Shown here: in pieces, positions 11,788-32,079 of the stretch
How the letters are laid out: each line of letters opens with the position of its first letter
Position numbering within the stretch: position 1 is the stretch's first letter
Assembly (NCBI GenBank): GCA_951406725.2
Contig: OX597819.1
Span: 35,340,001-35,404,000, forward strand
Direction: 5' to 3'
Length of the DNA: 64,000 nucleotides
From: Octopus vulgaris
Taxonomy: Eukaryota
The notes under the pieces: generated by a model
Seen by the model: the letters and a program-made list of their open reading frames with translations, nothing else
Databases searched by the model: none
What the model was told of the DNA's origin: nothing
Made by a program: the position numbers and the translations under genes

Positions 11788-12190
11788 GGCGCAGGAGTGG
11801 CTGTGTGGTAAGTAGCTTGCTTATCAACCACATGGTTCCAGGTTCAGTCCCACTGCATGGCACCTTGGGCAAGTGTCTTCTACTATAGCCTCGGGCCGAC
11901 CAAAGCCTTGTGAGTGGATTTGGTAGACGGAAACTGAAAGAAGCCCGTCGTATATATGTATATGTATATATATATGTGTATGTTTGTGTGTCTGTGTTTG
12001 TCCCCCTAGCATTGTTTGACAACCGATGCTGGTGTGTTTATGCCCCCGTCACTTAGCGGTTCGGCAAAAGAGACCGATAGAATAAGTACTGGGCTTATAA
12101 AGAGTAAGTCCTGGGGTCGAGTTGCTCGACTAAAGGTGGTACTCCAGCATGGCCGCAGTCAACTGACTGAAACAAGTAAAAGAGAGAGAG
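11788..12190 (+). mobile_element. tRNA-derived SINE family A, full length
   Basis: TGGCTGTGTGG and GGTTCAGTCCC boxes, GGCACCTTGGGCAAGTG core, central (TA)n; closely matches 57315-57708. Confidence 0.9.
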
Positions 12191-12309
12191 TATCCATTTT
12201 AGATATTAAACTCTGGATGAGACTGTGTATCACTGTTATTTACAAAATAAGTCATTTGGTTTGTAACAAACTAAGCTGCTCTCTTTTTGCCGTTTCCTCT
12301 TGTCTTGTT

Positions 12310-13088
12310 CTTTTATCTTTTACTTGTTTCAATCATTAGACTGTACCACCCTGAAGAATGAATCAGTCCCAGTACTTGTGTTTTAAAGTCTGGTACTTAT
12401 TCTATTGGTTTCCTTTGCTGAACTGCTAAGTTTCATGGACTTAATCACATCAACACTGGTTGTCAAGCAGTGGTAGGGAACAAATGCGCGCACACACAAG
12501 CATATATATATATATATATATATATAACTAATGTAGGATAAAATTTTTTTCAGGAAAAAAATTTCATCAATGGCCAGCATATAAAAAAATACCTTTAAAG
12601 GTTAAATTTATAAATAATTTACAAGATAAGGGCAAAAGAAAAATTCTAATGCCAAATATGCCGAAACAAAAATTGTTAATAACCATTATAATATATGCGT
12701 CTCGAAACAAACCGATAGAAATTTCTAAAAAATTCGTTATTACCGTATTGGTCCAATTTCCGAAATTGGACCAATACGGTTTGTTTCGAGACACATAAAT
12801 TATAATGGTTATTAACAATTTTTGTTTCGGCATATTTGGCATTAGAATTTTTCTTTTGCCCTTATCTTGTAAATTATATATATATCTATATACATACATA
12901 TACATATATACACATATATATACACACACATGACAAACTTCTGTCTGTTTCTGCTTACCAAATCTGCTCAAGGCTTTGGTTGGCTTAAGGTTATAATAGT
13001 AAAAGACACTTGTCCAGATGCCATGCAGTGGGACTGAACCCAGAACCACGTGGCTGGGAAGCAAACTTTTTATCACATAGCCATGTCT
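12310..13088 (-). mobile_element. Diverged SINE family A copy split by an insertion at 12527-12877
   Basis: SINE 3' half at 12310-12525 and 5' half at 12878-13088; the insertion lies in the SINE's central (TA)n. Confidence 0.75.
12614..12877. repeat. Long palindrome with a 1-nt centre and a 31-nt asymmetric bulge
   Basis: Inner arms 12742-12760 / 12762-12780; outer arms 12614-12710 / 12781-12877. Confidence 0.93.
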
Positions 13089-13414
13089 GTTATTGATTTT
13101 TTTTTTCAAAAACTTTGTAATATGAAACATATATGGTAGAAGACTTCTGGGACTTCTTTCATCCTCATTTTATGGTTTTCAAGTTGATTTTAATCTACTT
13201 TCACCCTCTTCTCATTAGAGCATTGTACTATAATTGTGTACAAAATTTTGTTTCCATTGTTAATCCTACTTCAATGGCTTAATTTAGCTTTTTGAACTCT
13301 TTCTGTTGCAGGAAAACAGAAGTTTTATTTATAGAACTTGTATGGTTGCATGCTATTATTGATATACTTTTATTTTCAAATGGTAATATTTAACCCTCAG
13401 AAAACTGGTTATAA

Positions 13415-14341
13415 AAGGCATCAGATGTTGTGTGCAAGAGAGAAGACTGTGCTGTGTTTGGTCATGTGTTGTGTTTGGATGAGGACAGCTTCATAAAGAA
13501 GTGCTGAGCTCTAACTGTAGAGGGTACTTGTGGAAGGGGGTGGACTCAGGAAGATGTAGGATGAAGTAGTGAGAAAGAATCTTGGATCTTTTCGGTTTGT
13601 ACGGCAGTTTTTTCTGGCGGTGTCATATGAAATTGTCACCCATAATTATGACCCTAGTATCGACCTATTGCATTTCAATCTGTTTTAGGGTTAGGGGGAA
13701 GGGTATCTTTTTTTTTCTTCAGAAATGTAAATAAACCCAATCTGTTTCTTAAACGAGGGACATATTCATACGGCACAGAATATTTTCACCTCAATAGACG
13801 GTCATCGATTGGTTGAAATTGCAGAAATTGAAGAAAAAAAAAACAACAAATATCTTACAAACTATAGAATTTTCTCAAAGCCAAGAGAAAAAGAGGTTTT
13901 ATAAACACGTTCTACCAGTATACGAAGTTAAAATTTTTTTAGTTACCTAGAAATTATGTTAAAAACTGCCGTTCAAACCGAAAAAATCCAGAATCTTCAG
14001 ATGCCAGTCTTCACCGAGAAAATGACAAAGGACTGGGAGACGGGCAGTTCGCTGTACTTGATAAGATATGTCAAGCTAAGTAGAATCACTACCTTCTACA
14101 CATACAAGCTTGTCCTTTCAGGTGCTGGTGTCACATAAAAAGCACCTGTGGCAATGCTTCATGAATATATCCAGGCTGGTGCTGCATAAGTACAACGTGT
14201 GTCAAGTGGTTGGCATTAAGAAGGGCATCCAGCTGTAGAAACCATGCCACAACAGACAGCTGGAGTCTGGACAGCTCTCTACTAGCCAGCAGCTAAACTG
14301 TCCAACCCATGCCAGCATGGAAAATGGATGTTAAATGATGA

Positions 14342-14345
<4 letters not shown>
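13415..14345 (+). mobile_element. RTE-clade LINE 3' end (ORF2 remnant plus 3' UTR), interrupted by a MITE
   Basis: Decayed ERRL..FGHVLCLDEDSFIKKC..LTVEGTCGRG..RK..DEVVRKNL|QM..TEKMTKDWE, then the family H tail ending in (GAT)n. Confidence 0.8.
13584..13989. mobile_element. Non-autonomous TIR element (MITE), probably Merlin superfamily
   Basis: ~29-bp TIR GGATCTTTTCGGTTTGAACGGCAGTTTTT; perfect 8-bp TSD AGAATCTT at 13576-13583 and 13990-13997. GG termini with an 8-bp TSD fit Merlin. Confidence 0.85.
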
Positions 14346-22206
<7,861 letters not shown>

Positions 22207-22471
22207 ACGGCAAAAAACAGACCACTCTGGAAAACCATCATCCATGAGGGAACGGCGACTTTCGAGTCGAAAAGGTCTGCAGAGCTGGAGGAGAAAAGAC
22301 GACGACGGAAGGAGCGCCAACAACAACCACGTGCGACTCTCCCTTCCGGCACTAGATGTCCGCACTGCGACCAATCTTTTCAAGCAAGAATTGGTCTTAT
22401 CGGTCACCTACGGACTCACCAGTAAATTTGCGCGAAGACCATCATCCTTGACCTTGAGGGATTGCCAAGTG

Positions 22472-22472
<1 letters not shown>
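22207..22472 (+). mobile_element. 5'-truncated RTE-BovB-like LINE 3' end
   Basis: Open frame [45 protein letters not shown] (stop at 22425) is the C-terminal C2H2-like finger typical of RTE-BovB ORFs; short 3' UTR follows. Confidence 0.88.
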
Positions 22473-22517
<45 letters not shown>

Positions 22518-22558
22518 ATATATATGTGTGTGTGTGTGTGTATATATGTGTGTGTGTG

Positions 22559-22614
<56 letters not shown>

Positions 22615-22825
22615 TGTGTGTGTGTGTATATATTTGTGTGTGTGTGTGTATATATTTGTGTGTGTGTGTGTATATATATATGTGTGTGTGTGTGTATATA
22701 TATGTGTGTGTGTATACATATGTATATATATATGTGTATATATACATATGTGTATATATGTGTGCGTGCATGTATATATATATATATATGTGTATATATA
22801 CATATGTGTATATATGTGTGCGTGC

Positions 22826-22867
<42 letters not shown>

Positions 22868-22882
22868 ATATATGTATATATA
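22473..22882. repeat. (TA)n/(TG)n compound microsatellite
   Basis: Read directly. Confidence 0.95.
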
Positions 22883-23340
22883 CCAACAGCTGTTTACTTG
22901 AATTTGATAACTAGCAAGACCTACAATAAGCCATTTTAATTAAAATTCCAAAGTAGCAAAACAGATGTTTCATAATCTGGAAATGCGGAAGTAAATGAAG
23001 AAAAAATATGAAAAGAAAAGAAAAAAAGTCCAAATATACTGTAAATGAAATTTGAACTCGAAATCAAAATTCATTAAAAGAATTGAAAATTAATTTGATT
23101 GAGAGAAATGATTTCAAATCTTTTTAGAATTTTGGTATTAGCTCTTCTTAATTCTGATTTCAGTTTAAGAAAATATTTCGGTTTTATTGATTGGAAATCA
23201 TATCAGACTACCAAAGTATAGAAGGAAAAGAAAAATTCAAATTGAAATTTCACTGATTTTAAGCTTATCTCCTTGAGATAAAAATATTATTTATTGGCTG
23301 TAAACTCATTTCATGAATATCTACTAGGTATTTGTCATAA

Positions 23341-23671
23341 TCTCTCTATATATATAAACGGCAAAATGTCTGTCTGTGTGTGTGTCCTTTATACAGATCC
23401 ACAATTTTTCAGTTAGAGGGCTCGCACTTTCTATGGTCATTCAAAACCATCCAAGGGTGGTCATGCACATCTTTACATTTCCCCAGTCACCCCGCAAAGC
23501 CATTAAAAAATCAATAGAAGTGACTTTTTTGCGAATTTTTTTATCCAAAACCCAATCAAAATGCCCGAAACTTGATGTGCCAATTACATGCCAGCTAGCT
23601 GTATGTGATTGGTTGGAGATTTGGACAGTCCTAGTGTGTATGTGTGCATGCACTAGCACTATTAGTGCTAG
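23341..23671 (+). mobile_element. Non-autonomous Helitron
   Basis: A|TCTCTCTATATATATAAA 5' end, CTAG|T 3' end, terminal palindrome at 23652-23672, no TSD. Confidence 0.65.
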
Positions 23672-23959
23672 TATTACCATAAAAGATCATGTCAACATGT
23701 TACTAAGTGAAATATACCTCTTGATTTTGGGACCTAAATTGTCTTAAAAACCTATAATACTATGTCAGTAGTAATGGTAAATAAGTGCTTTGAAAGTAGA
23801 TGATTTACTATAAACCAATTTATATTTCATTTCATGTTTTGTAGCTTCTTTTGATCACTTTGTCCTTCTCTTCCCAGCTTTTCTCCTACTAGATGTGAGT
23901 AGCCATGCAATCCCTCTGCAGGAACCTGCTCCACCCACTTGTCGCTTAATATAAAACTG

Positions 23960-24172
23960 ACTTCCCCAGAGCTCATAGTCCTGCAAACTGCATGGTGACC
24001 TCAATAGTGCAGGTGGAATGGAAACAGCACACAGTTTGTGCTGTAAAGTGGTTAGCATTAGGAAGGGCATCCAACTGTAGAAATCCTGTCGGAGCAGACA
24101 TTGGACACAATAGATCCTGTCAAACTATCCAACTCATGCCAGCATGGAACATGGATGTTAAATGATGACGAC
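23960..24172 (+). mobile_element. Older family H RTE-tail copy
   Basis: GGAAGGGCATCCAACTGTAGAAA..CATGCCAGCATGGAACATGGATGTTAAATGATGAC. Confidence 0.7.
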
Positions 24173-24354
24173 GAATAATGTAATTTTTATTACATTGCAT
24201 TTTTCTCAATACAAGTGGGTGGAGTGAAAATCATTGCCACCTAATGCCATGCATTATAAACTTCCTGTTTTTAATCTTAATTTGGGTGGGAAAAAAAAAA
24301 ATTGTGTATTATACACTGTGTTTCACAATAGCTATACCAAGCAGATAATTACAA

Positions 24355-24666
24355 TGTGAGTAAAAAAGCACCATCTGAACGTGGCCGATGCCGGTGCCAC
24401 TTTGACTGGCTTCCATGCCGGTGGCACGTAAAAAGAACCAATCCAATTGTGACCGTTGCCAGCCTCGCCTGGCACCTGTGCAGGTGGCACGTAAAAAGCA
24501 CCCACCACACTCACAGAGTGGTTGGCGTTAGGAAAGGCATCCAGCTGTACAAACACTGCCAGATCAGACTGGAGCCTGGTGCAGCCTTCTGGCTTCCCAG
24601 AGCCCTGTCGAACCGTCCAACCCATGCTAGCATGGAAAGTGGACGTTAAACGATGATGACGATGAT
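24355..24666 (+). mobile_element. Family H RTE-tail copy
   Basis: Same body and (GAT)n tail as 1600-2223. Confidence 0.87.
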
Positions 24667-25654
24667 AAGTGAATTATTTCCTTTGATACATTTGTAATGG
24701 CATATTGTGTTATTTTTAACTTTTATCAGATAAAAAGGTGCTTCTTCAGGAGTAAAGTCTTAAAAAAGAATTTTCGTAGCAGGTATCTTAAACACTCAGG
24801 AAGATTCTTGATTCTATGTTGATGGCTGCAGTTGGTTGTGTTTAGACATTAGAATTTTTGTTTCACTATATTTAATTATGTCTACATCTTTGTGGCTTGT
24901 GGAGAATTGCTTGATATACAGCAGGAATACTATACAAACAAAATTACTTGTGCCAGTCTGTCTTCAGGATGAGTTCATCTGCACTTTTAGTTAGTGAACA
25001 TGCTACCATTTGCACTGGCTGCCTTATTCTTCATATGCCTGTTCATTGATTACCTCAATATTCGTGTTTGTTGTTGCTGCGTTTCATTGGATCAGTGCCA
25101 ACCTTAGTTGTTTAGAAGATGTATATTACTTCTCAGCTTTGGATACCTCATGATCAGTAATTGAAAATATCCACTGACATGATGTTCTTGTGTCTAAGCC
25201 CCACTTCTCAGTCTTGCTCTAATTCTTTCTTGTTCCCTTACCTTACTCATCACCTGTCCATTGATGTACTTTTTTTTTTTTTTACGAAAATAGCTTTCTT
25301 CATAAATTCAATTTTGGTTTTTACTTTGAGAAGGACAAAAGAACACAAACAAACAAAAAGCACATGTCAGAGGAACTGTCTACATGACCTTTGAAGACCT
25401 TCTTAGACTGGTAAGATTGGTACTTGTAGGCAGAGAAGGAGATCCTAGAGAGTTTCATTTGTAGGAAAGAACTTCCTTAGTTGCAGAGGGACATAACTTA
25501 CTTATTGGGAAGAATAGAAGTTGTTATAGTAGAAGTAAAAGAGACGGAAGAAAAATCTTAGTAGTTGAGATATGGTAATGAATGAATCAGAAGGCTTTTT
25601 TCCTTTTTGATGTTTCTGTGGGTAAACAATAGCACCACCACCAACATCAGTTGA

Positions 25655-25872
25655 TTAACCCCTTAACATTCAGATTAAACTGTCAAATTTAATGCTTATT
25701 CATTCACATTATTTTGATTAATCATGAATTGTCTTGTAGCTTTGAGATTTTAGCGGTGTGATTGTTTTATTTTTAGAATGGCATTTTAGGATAAGTCTGA
25801 GAGGCCATATCTGGCTGGTTTGAATATAAAACAAGCAGAATATTTTGGCCAGTTTGAATGCTAAAGGGTTAA
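25655..25872. mobile_element. piggyBac-like MITE family C
   Basis: TTAACCCCTTAACATTC...GAATGCTAAAGGGTTAA. Confidence 0.85.
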
Positions 25873-25901
25873 TATCTGATCAGAACTGAAGAAGCTTACT
25901 C

Positions 25902-26322
25902 GGATCTTTTCGGTTTGAACGACAGTTTTTTCTAGCGGTGTCATATGAAATTGCCACCCATAATTATGACCCTAGTATTGATCTATTGCATTTCAATCTG
26001 TTTTAGGGTTAGTTAGGGTTAGGGATGGGGGGAAGGGTATCTTTTTTTCTTCACAAATGTAAATAAACCCAATCTGTTTCTTAAACGAGGGACATATTCA
26101 TATGGCACAGAATGTTTTCACCTCAATAGATGGTCATTGATTGGTTGAAATTACCAAAATGCAAGAAATTAAAGACCAAATATCTTACAAACTGTAGAAT
26201 TTTCTGAATAAAGCCAAGAGAAAAAGATGTTTTATAAACACATTCTACCAGTATACGAAGTTTAAAATTTTTTAGTTACCTAGAAATTATGTTAAAAACT
26301 GCCGTTCAAACCGAAAAGATCT
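25902..26322. mobile_element. Second copy of the Merlin-like MITE
   Basis: Same TIR and body as 13584-13989; perfect 8-bp TSD GCTTACTC at 25894-25901 and 26323-26330. Confidence 0.88.
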
Positions 26323-28114
26323 GCTTACTCTCTGGAATGCTGGAGTAATATTTGTTAGGACCTCCAAATGTGGTCAACAGATTAGATGGGGGCTGGCATT
26401 TGTGTAAACTTTAGGGTTTTAATTACATAATTCATGCATTGAGAGGATGTAATGCAGTGGTTAAAACCCATTTTTGAACCCAGCATATTGACATTTTAAT
26501 TTCTTTAATTATCCTCTTATTAGAGCAACTGACATATATACATGTATTTTAGTTTTAGGTAAATGTTTGTAGATAATCTTTTTACAAGATAATATTGCAA
26601 GGAAATATATATATTTTTTTTCAAAATCATGCATGTTTCACTGCTGGTATATATATCACAGGTTTGTTGTCTCTGACGTTGTGGTGCAAGATTATTTTCT
26701 CATTATCTGTTACAATTTGGATTTTGCTCTGTTGAAGGAGACTAATTGTCTACATGCAGCGGAGAAGGTTTTTAAATCTGTTTATAGAAACAATATAAGT
26801 ATACAATATCTTTTTCAAGCAGCTGCAACTCAGATACATCTCACAATGTTGTGTCAGGAATCTCTATCACCTGTTAGATTTGGTTGATTCTCAGTTTACT
26901 TTTGTGTAGCTCTGCCAAAAACCATCAGAGTAGTTGAGTGGTTTCCAAAATATAACATCTGGTAGGGATTGTGGTTCAGCATGATATCAGCAGGTAGCAA
27001 ACCCTACTAAGTATTGAACAGTAATAGTAGAGAAAGGTAGAATGTATCTATAAATTTCTCCTTTGATCTTATGCTCACACCATGCAATGTCTTGTGTCCT
27101 CATAAGAAACCTAATGAAAGCACCATCAAGGTCAATCTTGGATATCCTTAGTGCTAATTTGGCAGTTTCCAAATTAGATACTTGATATAATTCCTAATTC
27201 CAGAAAGAATAATCTCTTTCCCAGATTTAGGTTAAGTTTATTTGAATACAATTTTAATTTGGTTAGGTAGAATACAAAAGAAGTAATCATGATAGAAAGA
27301 GGAGAATAAGAGGCATAAAGTGGACGTTTTTGCATAGGCAGCAGATACCAGTGGAAATATCTGTGTGCTGGATTTAATTAAAAGTTTAAAATGATGATTA
27401 AGGCAGGGAAATAAGGATTAATTCTGTTTTTAATTAGTGTGTCGAGTGGTATCATTAGCATTAGAATAGGTGGGATTTAGGATAGAATAGAGATACTCAA
27501 TAAATAATAACAGACAGACAGAAAGAAATATTTGGCATCTGTTGATCTTTTTTCATTGATAGGAGTAATTAGAAAAATGGGTTTTGTAAATTAGCCATTG
27601 CACTAGAATATTTGAATAGAAGACAGGGAAGTTCAAGTGTATGTCAATAGGTAATTAGTGGAGGCAGGTTTTCATGCTGAGTCATGAATTTTTCCTAACA
27701 CTAACGTCTAGAATTTTTGTCTTTCGCTGAAGCTGTGATAAATATTAGTAGAAATTCTAGGTCTTCCTTTTTATATTGTTTTGTTTTCTTTGTAATCTAC
27801 AATGGTGATAATTGTTGTAAAGCCTTTTTTTATATGTTGGTAAGAGTATACAAGAAGATTCTTGTTTTAATATCCATTTTTACATTCTGGCATTGGTACA
27901 TTAGATTGTTGTTTTAATCACTCTATTCTAGTCTGGTTAGAAGAGCCCATTGTTTTAATATTCTTTTCTACATGTTGGTTTCACATATCAAATATAATTA
28001 ATGAGTAATTTTAAATAAATACTTGGCAATATCAAGTTCCATATATTTAATTTTAGTGGCTTATGTTATTCCATTTTTTTTTGTGAGACATATAGGACTA
28101 TATGTCCTTCCTTT

Positions 28115-28292
28115 TTAAAGCCTTTAGCATTTAAACTGGCCATATCCAACCAAAATTTTCTGCTTGTTTTTTGTTCAAACTGGCCAGATTATCCTATAAT
28201 GTCATTCTAAAAATAAACAGTTACATCATTGAAATTTCAAGGCTGCAAGTTAGTGCATGATTAATTCAAAACAATGTGAATAAATAAGCATT
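28115..28292. mobile_element. Family C MITE, partial
   Basis: CCTTTAGCATTTAAACTGGCCATATCC...GTGAATAAATAAGCATT. Confidence 0.75.
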
Positions 28293-28383
28293 TGGGTTTT
28301 AATTACATAGTGGGGCACAATTTGAGCGAGATTTAGCTGATATTTCTAGCAGCTTGGATGGCTCTGTAAAGTTTTCTTTGTTT

Positions 28384-28747
28384 ATTACCTCTGCCTTAGC
28401 GAAGGTGGAGATATTGTTCAGTTGTATTTGCTTGTCCGTAGACAAGATATCTCAAGAACCACTGGATGGATTTGGATGAAACTTTCAGGAATGTTTGGCC
28501 TCATGACTGGCATGAACTGATTATATTTTGGGATTGATCTGGTATGAGACAAGGATTCTGGATTATATTTCCTATTTTTTTTTCCTTAAATTTTGAGAGC
28601 GGTCGGGTTCATTTTCAGTATTCTTGTTTGTGAGAGCAGTCGAGTTTATTTTAGATAGTCTCATTTTAAAAATCATCTCTGGTTAATCGTTGAGAGGACA
28701 TTGGTGTTGCCCTGGTGGAGGTTTACTATCTCTGAGTGCTCTTGTTG
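28384..28747 (+). mobile_element. Helentron-associated interspersed element (HINE/DINE-1-like)
   Basis: 5' ATTACCTCTGCC..GGTGGAG short inverted repeat; GATTTGGATGAAACTT core; 3' GGTGGAGGT subterminal repeat with GAGTGCTCTTGTT end. Confidence 0.7.
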
Positions 28748-28754
28748 TTATGCT

Positions 28755-29160
28755 AAGCTCAACTTGGCCTTTCAGTCTTCTTAGGTCAATAAAATAAAGA
28801 ACCAGTCAAGTACTCTACTGGAGGTCAATGTAAATAACTTGCTGTCTCCTCTCAAAATTGCTGACCTTTTACCAAAATTTGAAAGAATTATTATTTTCAT
28901 GTTCTGAGTTCAAATTCTGCCAGAGTTGACTTTGCCTTTCATCCTTTCGAGATCGATAAGTACCAGTTGCATACTGGGGTCAATCTAATCGAATGTCCCC
29001 CCCCCCAATTTTTTTGGGCCTTGTGCCTATAGTAGAAATGATTATTATTCTTCTTCTTAAGGCTGTGAGTTGGCAGAATTGTTAGCATACTGGATGAAAT
29101 GTTTAGCATTGTTTCATCGGAATTTACATTGAGTTCAAATTCTACTAAGGTTGACTTTGT
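28755..29160 (+). mobile_element. Tandem fragments of SINE family E
   Basis: Repeated GAGTTCAAATTC..GACTTTGCCTTTCATCCTTTCG..GATAAGTACCAG, as in 46108-46333. Confidence 0.7.
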
Positions 29161-29572
29161 GTAAGTGTATACATTTTTAGTCATATTACACTTATTAAAA
29201 GACATTTTCTTTAGGGATTTAGCTAGGATATTTTGCATATTTGACTGCCCTCAAATATCATTTTCAGTTGTGTATACTCCCTAATTGCTGACACATACTA
29301 CCACTTGTTACCTCAATTCTTACTGTTTACTTCATCTTAATGTTAATTTCTTATTTCAAAGTATTTTATACACCATTTCAAGACTGTTTCACTATAATTA
29401 AAATAAAATTAAAAATAAATCTGTGCAAATAAATACTTAGAAATTGACTGACACTATGGACTTACTAAATATTTGTAGGATAATTTTAATTAATTTTTAG
29501 ATTGATATATTTACTTACTTCCACAAACAAATATATGCTTAGATGCTAATTTAAAATATTAAGATATTGTGT

Positions 29573-29945
29573 ATCATCATCATCATCATCATCGTTTAGC
29601 GTCCGCTTTCCATGCTAGCATGGGTTGGACAGGTCAACTGGGGTCTGTGAAGCTGGAAGGCTTCGTCAGGCCCAGTCAGATCTGGCAGTGTTTCTACGGC
29701 TGGATGCCCTTCCTAATGCCAACCACTCCGCGAGTGTAGTGGGTGTTTTTTACGTGCCACCTGCACAGGTGCCAGACAGAGCTGACGAACGGATGGTGCT
29801 TTTACGTGTCACCGGCACGGGGCCAGGCGATGCTGGCAACGGACACGAACGGATGGTGCTTTTACGTGCCACCGACACGGGGCCAGACAGAGCTGGCAAA
29901 CGGCCACGAACGGACGGTGCTTACACGGGGCCAGACAGAGCTGAA
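29573..29945 (-). mobile_element. Family H RTE-tail copy with internal ~60-bp repeats
   Basis: (CAT)n-CGTTTAGCGTCCGCTTTCCATGCTAGCATGGG; three GAACGGA(T/C)GGTGCTT units. Confidence 0.87.
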
Positions 29946-30206
29946 AAATGAAAAACGAATCATGGTAGCTACGTACTGCTTTTGTTTTTTAATTAATTTA
30001 ATTTGATCAATTTTGTTTTTATTGTTTTGTTCTGTTAGTAAATATGGATTTGTTTTGAGCATTGGATCTAAAGCAAGTGTTTCATAACCTGGTGGTAGTA
30101 CCCCCTTGGGGGCATTGTAAACTGTTGTGGGGAAGTGGGGGCAGTAGAGTTTAGAGGGATCATGATTTTTCTTAGAAATTAAATATTTAAACTAAGTACT
30201 TATATT

Positions 30207-30435
30207 TTAACCTTTTAGCATTTAATCTGGCCATATCTGGCCCAAATATTCTACTTGTTTTTATGTTAAAACTGGCCAGATCCAGCCTCTTATACATACC
30301 TTACAATGCCATTCTAAAAATATACAAACATATGATTGAAGTCGTAAAGCTACAAAGTAATGTGTGATCAATTCAAAACAATGTGAATAAATAAGCAATA
30401 TATTTGACAAGGAAATCTGAATGTTAACAGGTTAA
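30207..30435. mobile_element. piggyBac-like MITE family C
   Basis: TTAACCTTTTAGCATT...AATGTTAACAGGTTAA. Confidence 0.85.
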
Positions 30436-30587
30436 ACATGTTTATAAAAAAAAATGAATCTGTTTTGAGTTTAGAAATATGTTTAAAATATGTTATGTGT
30501 TAAAGAGAAGTATAATTGCTGAGCCAAGGTCCAGTATAATTTTGTTATATAAGTTCTCACCTTCTTTAATAATTTCCATAAAAATTT

Positions 30588-30881
30588 GTCAGTTCCTTCT
30601 CTAGCCATGCCTGGCTCATAAGGGCCGGTTTCCCAGTTTCTTGGCATATAGGTTCCCCACCTGGACAGGACGCCGGTCCGTCGCAGGTGAGCTGCAAGAG
30701 GAAAGAGTGAGAGAAAGTTGTGGTGAAAGAATCGGCAGAAGTTTCGCCATTACCTTCTGCCGGAGATGTGTGGAGCTTAGGTGTTTTGCTCATAAACACA
30801 CACATCACCTGGTCTGAGATTCGAACCTGCGATCCCTCGACCGTGAGTCCGCTGCTCTAACCACTAGGCTATGTGCCTCCA
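30588..30881 (-). mobile_element. SINE family B
   Basis: Reverse complement of the 10670 copy; TSD CCATAAAAATTT at 30576-30587 and 30882-30893. Confidence 0.92.
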
Positions 30882-31801
30882 CCATAAAAATTTAACATGG
30901 GAGCACTAGTTCAAGCAAATATAAAGAAGCAGATCCTGGAAGGAATAGTATAGGAACATATGGATAATAAACCATTTCACAAAATTGATTTCTACTTAAT
31001 TAAAATAGTTGGGTGTTTTAAAATGAAATTCAGTAAAAGGAACAGTTAAGCTACAAGAGTTTGTGATTGATTGCTCGAAAACAAGGTTTACTAAAGTTAA
31101 ACAATTAGTCAAAACCTTTTCAAAGTTCATTTTAAGTTTTAAAAACATTTTTCTTTTACTCAGCAACATTTTGTTTGTCAAAATACATGAAGTATGCAAA
31201 TTGAAAAGTTACAGTAATGTCTCAATTAAAAATATGTTCTCTTTTTTTTTTAACACGTACATTGTCACCATGCATAAACCACTCACTATCAGGGTCAATG
31301 GGAAGTCCTATATTTTCACTGCTTTCAGATTTAATGTTTCAGGAAATGCATTCCTTGATTTATATTTCACAGTGTTTGTTGAAACTGCTGATATTTTTTT
31401 GTAAACCTCAGTAAATATTACTATGGTGGCAACAAGCCTTGTGCTTATAGTCAAGAATATTGTTGTTGTTGGTATTGTCTGGTAGACAAGTTCACATAGA
31501 TTTTTACAGTCACATTACATTAATTAAAAGACTTTTGTTAATGATTTAGCTAGAATATTTTGCGTATTTGGCTGTCCTAAGATATCATTTACAATTACGT
31601 ATACTCTCTAATTGCTGACACAATTAGGGAAGCCTCTTCTCCATTTCATCATGAAAATTGGTTTAAATCATCTTTTATTTTCTGTTGTTAATAAATTCAA
31701 ACTTAAGTCAACTGCATAACTAGTATCTTAATTATAAATATTTTCAGAGTTGAAATAGATTTTTCCAGTTCCTCTGCTTTGGTTTTAACTATTTTATTGT
31801 T

Positions 31802-32029
31802 TTAACCCTTTAGCATTCAGATTACTTTATCGAATGTAATGCTTATTAATTCAAATTGCTTTGAATTAATTAGGCTTATCTTGTAGCCTCAAGATTTCTT
31901 TGATGTAATTGTTTATTTTTTGACTGACCATGTAGGGTAGGAGTAAGAGGTATGATCTGGCCACTTTGTTCATAAAACACAGTAGAATATTTGGGCCTGT
32001 TATGGCTGGTTTAAATGCTAAGGAGTCAA
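31802..32029. mobile_element. piggyBac-like MITE family C
   Basis: TTAACCCTTTAGCATTCAG...AAATGCTAAGGAGTCAA. Confidence 0.83.
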
Positions 32030-32079
32030 TGCGACTGAATGGTATTCATGTTCTATGTTTTTTGTAGTTACCAAAATGT

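Larger units (their letters stand above)
25380..27500 (-). mobile_element. Very decayed CR1/L2/Jockey-like LINE remnants, interrupted by two MITEs
   Basis: Faint motifs only: ETAKLALRISK (cf. ALDISKAFD), PHLE, FFP..FK. Heavily frameshifted. Confidence 0.35.

Noticed and set aside
26001-26024. TTAGGG repeats as a telomere or fusion scar
   Set aside because: Only 2-3 units, and they are internal to a MITE present twice.
29740-29945. Regularly spaced repeats resembling a CRISPR array (also 10200-10365)
   Set aside because: The spacers are related to each other, the context is eukaryotic retroposon or microsatellite, and there are no cas genes.
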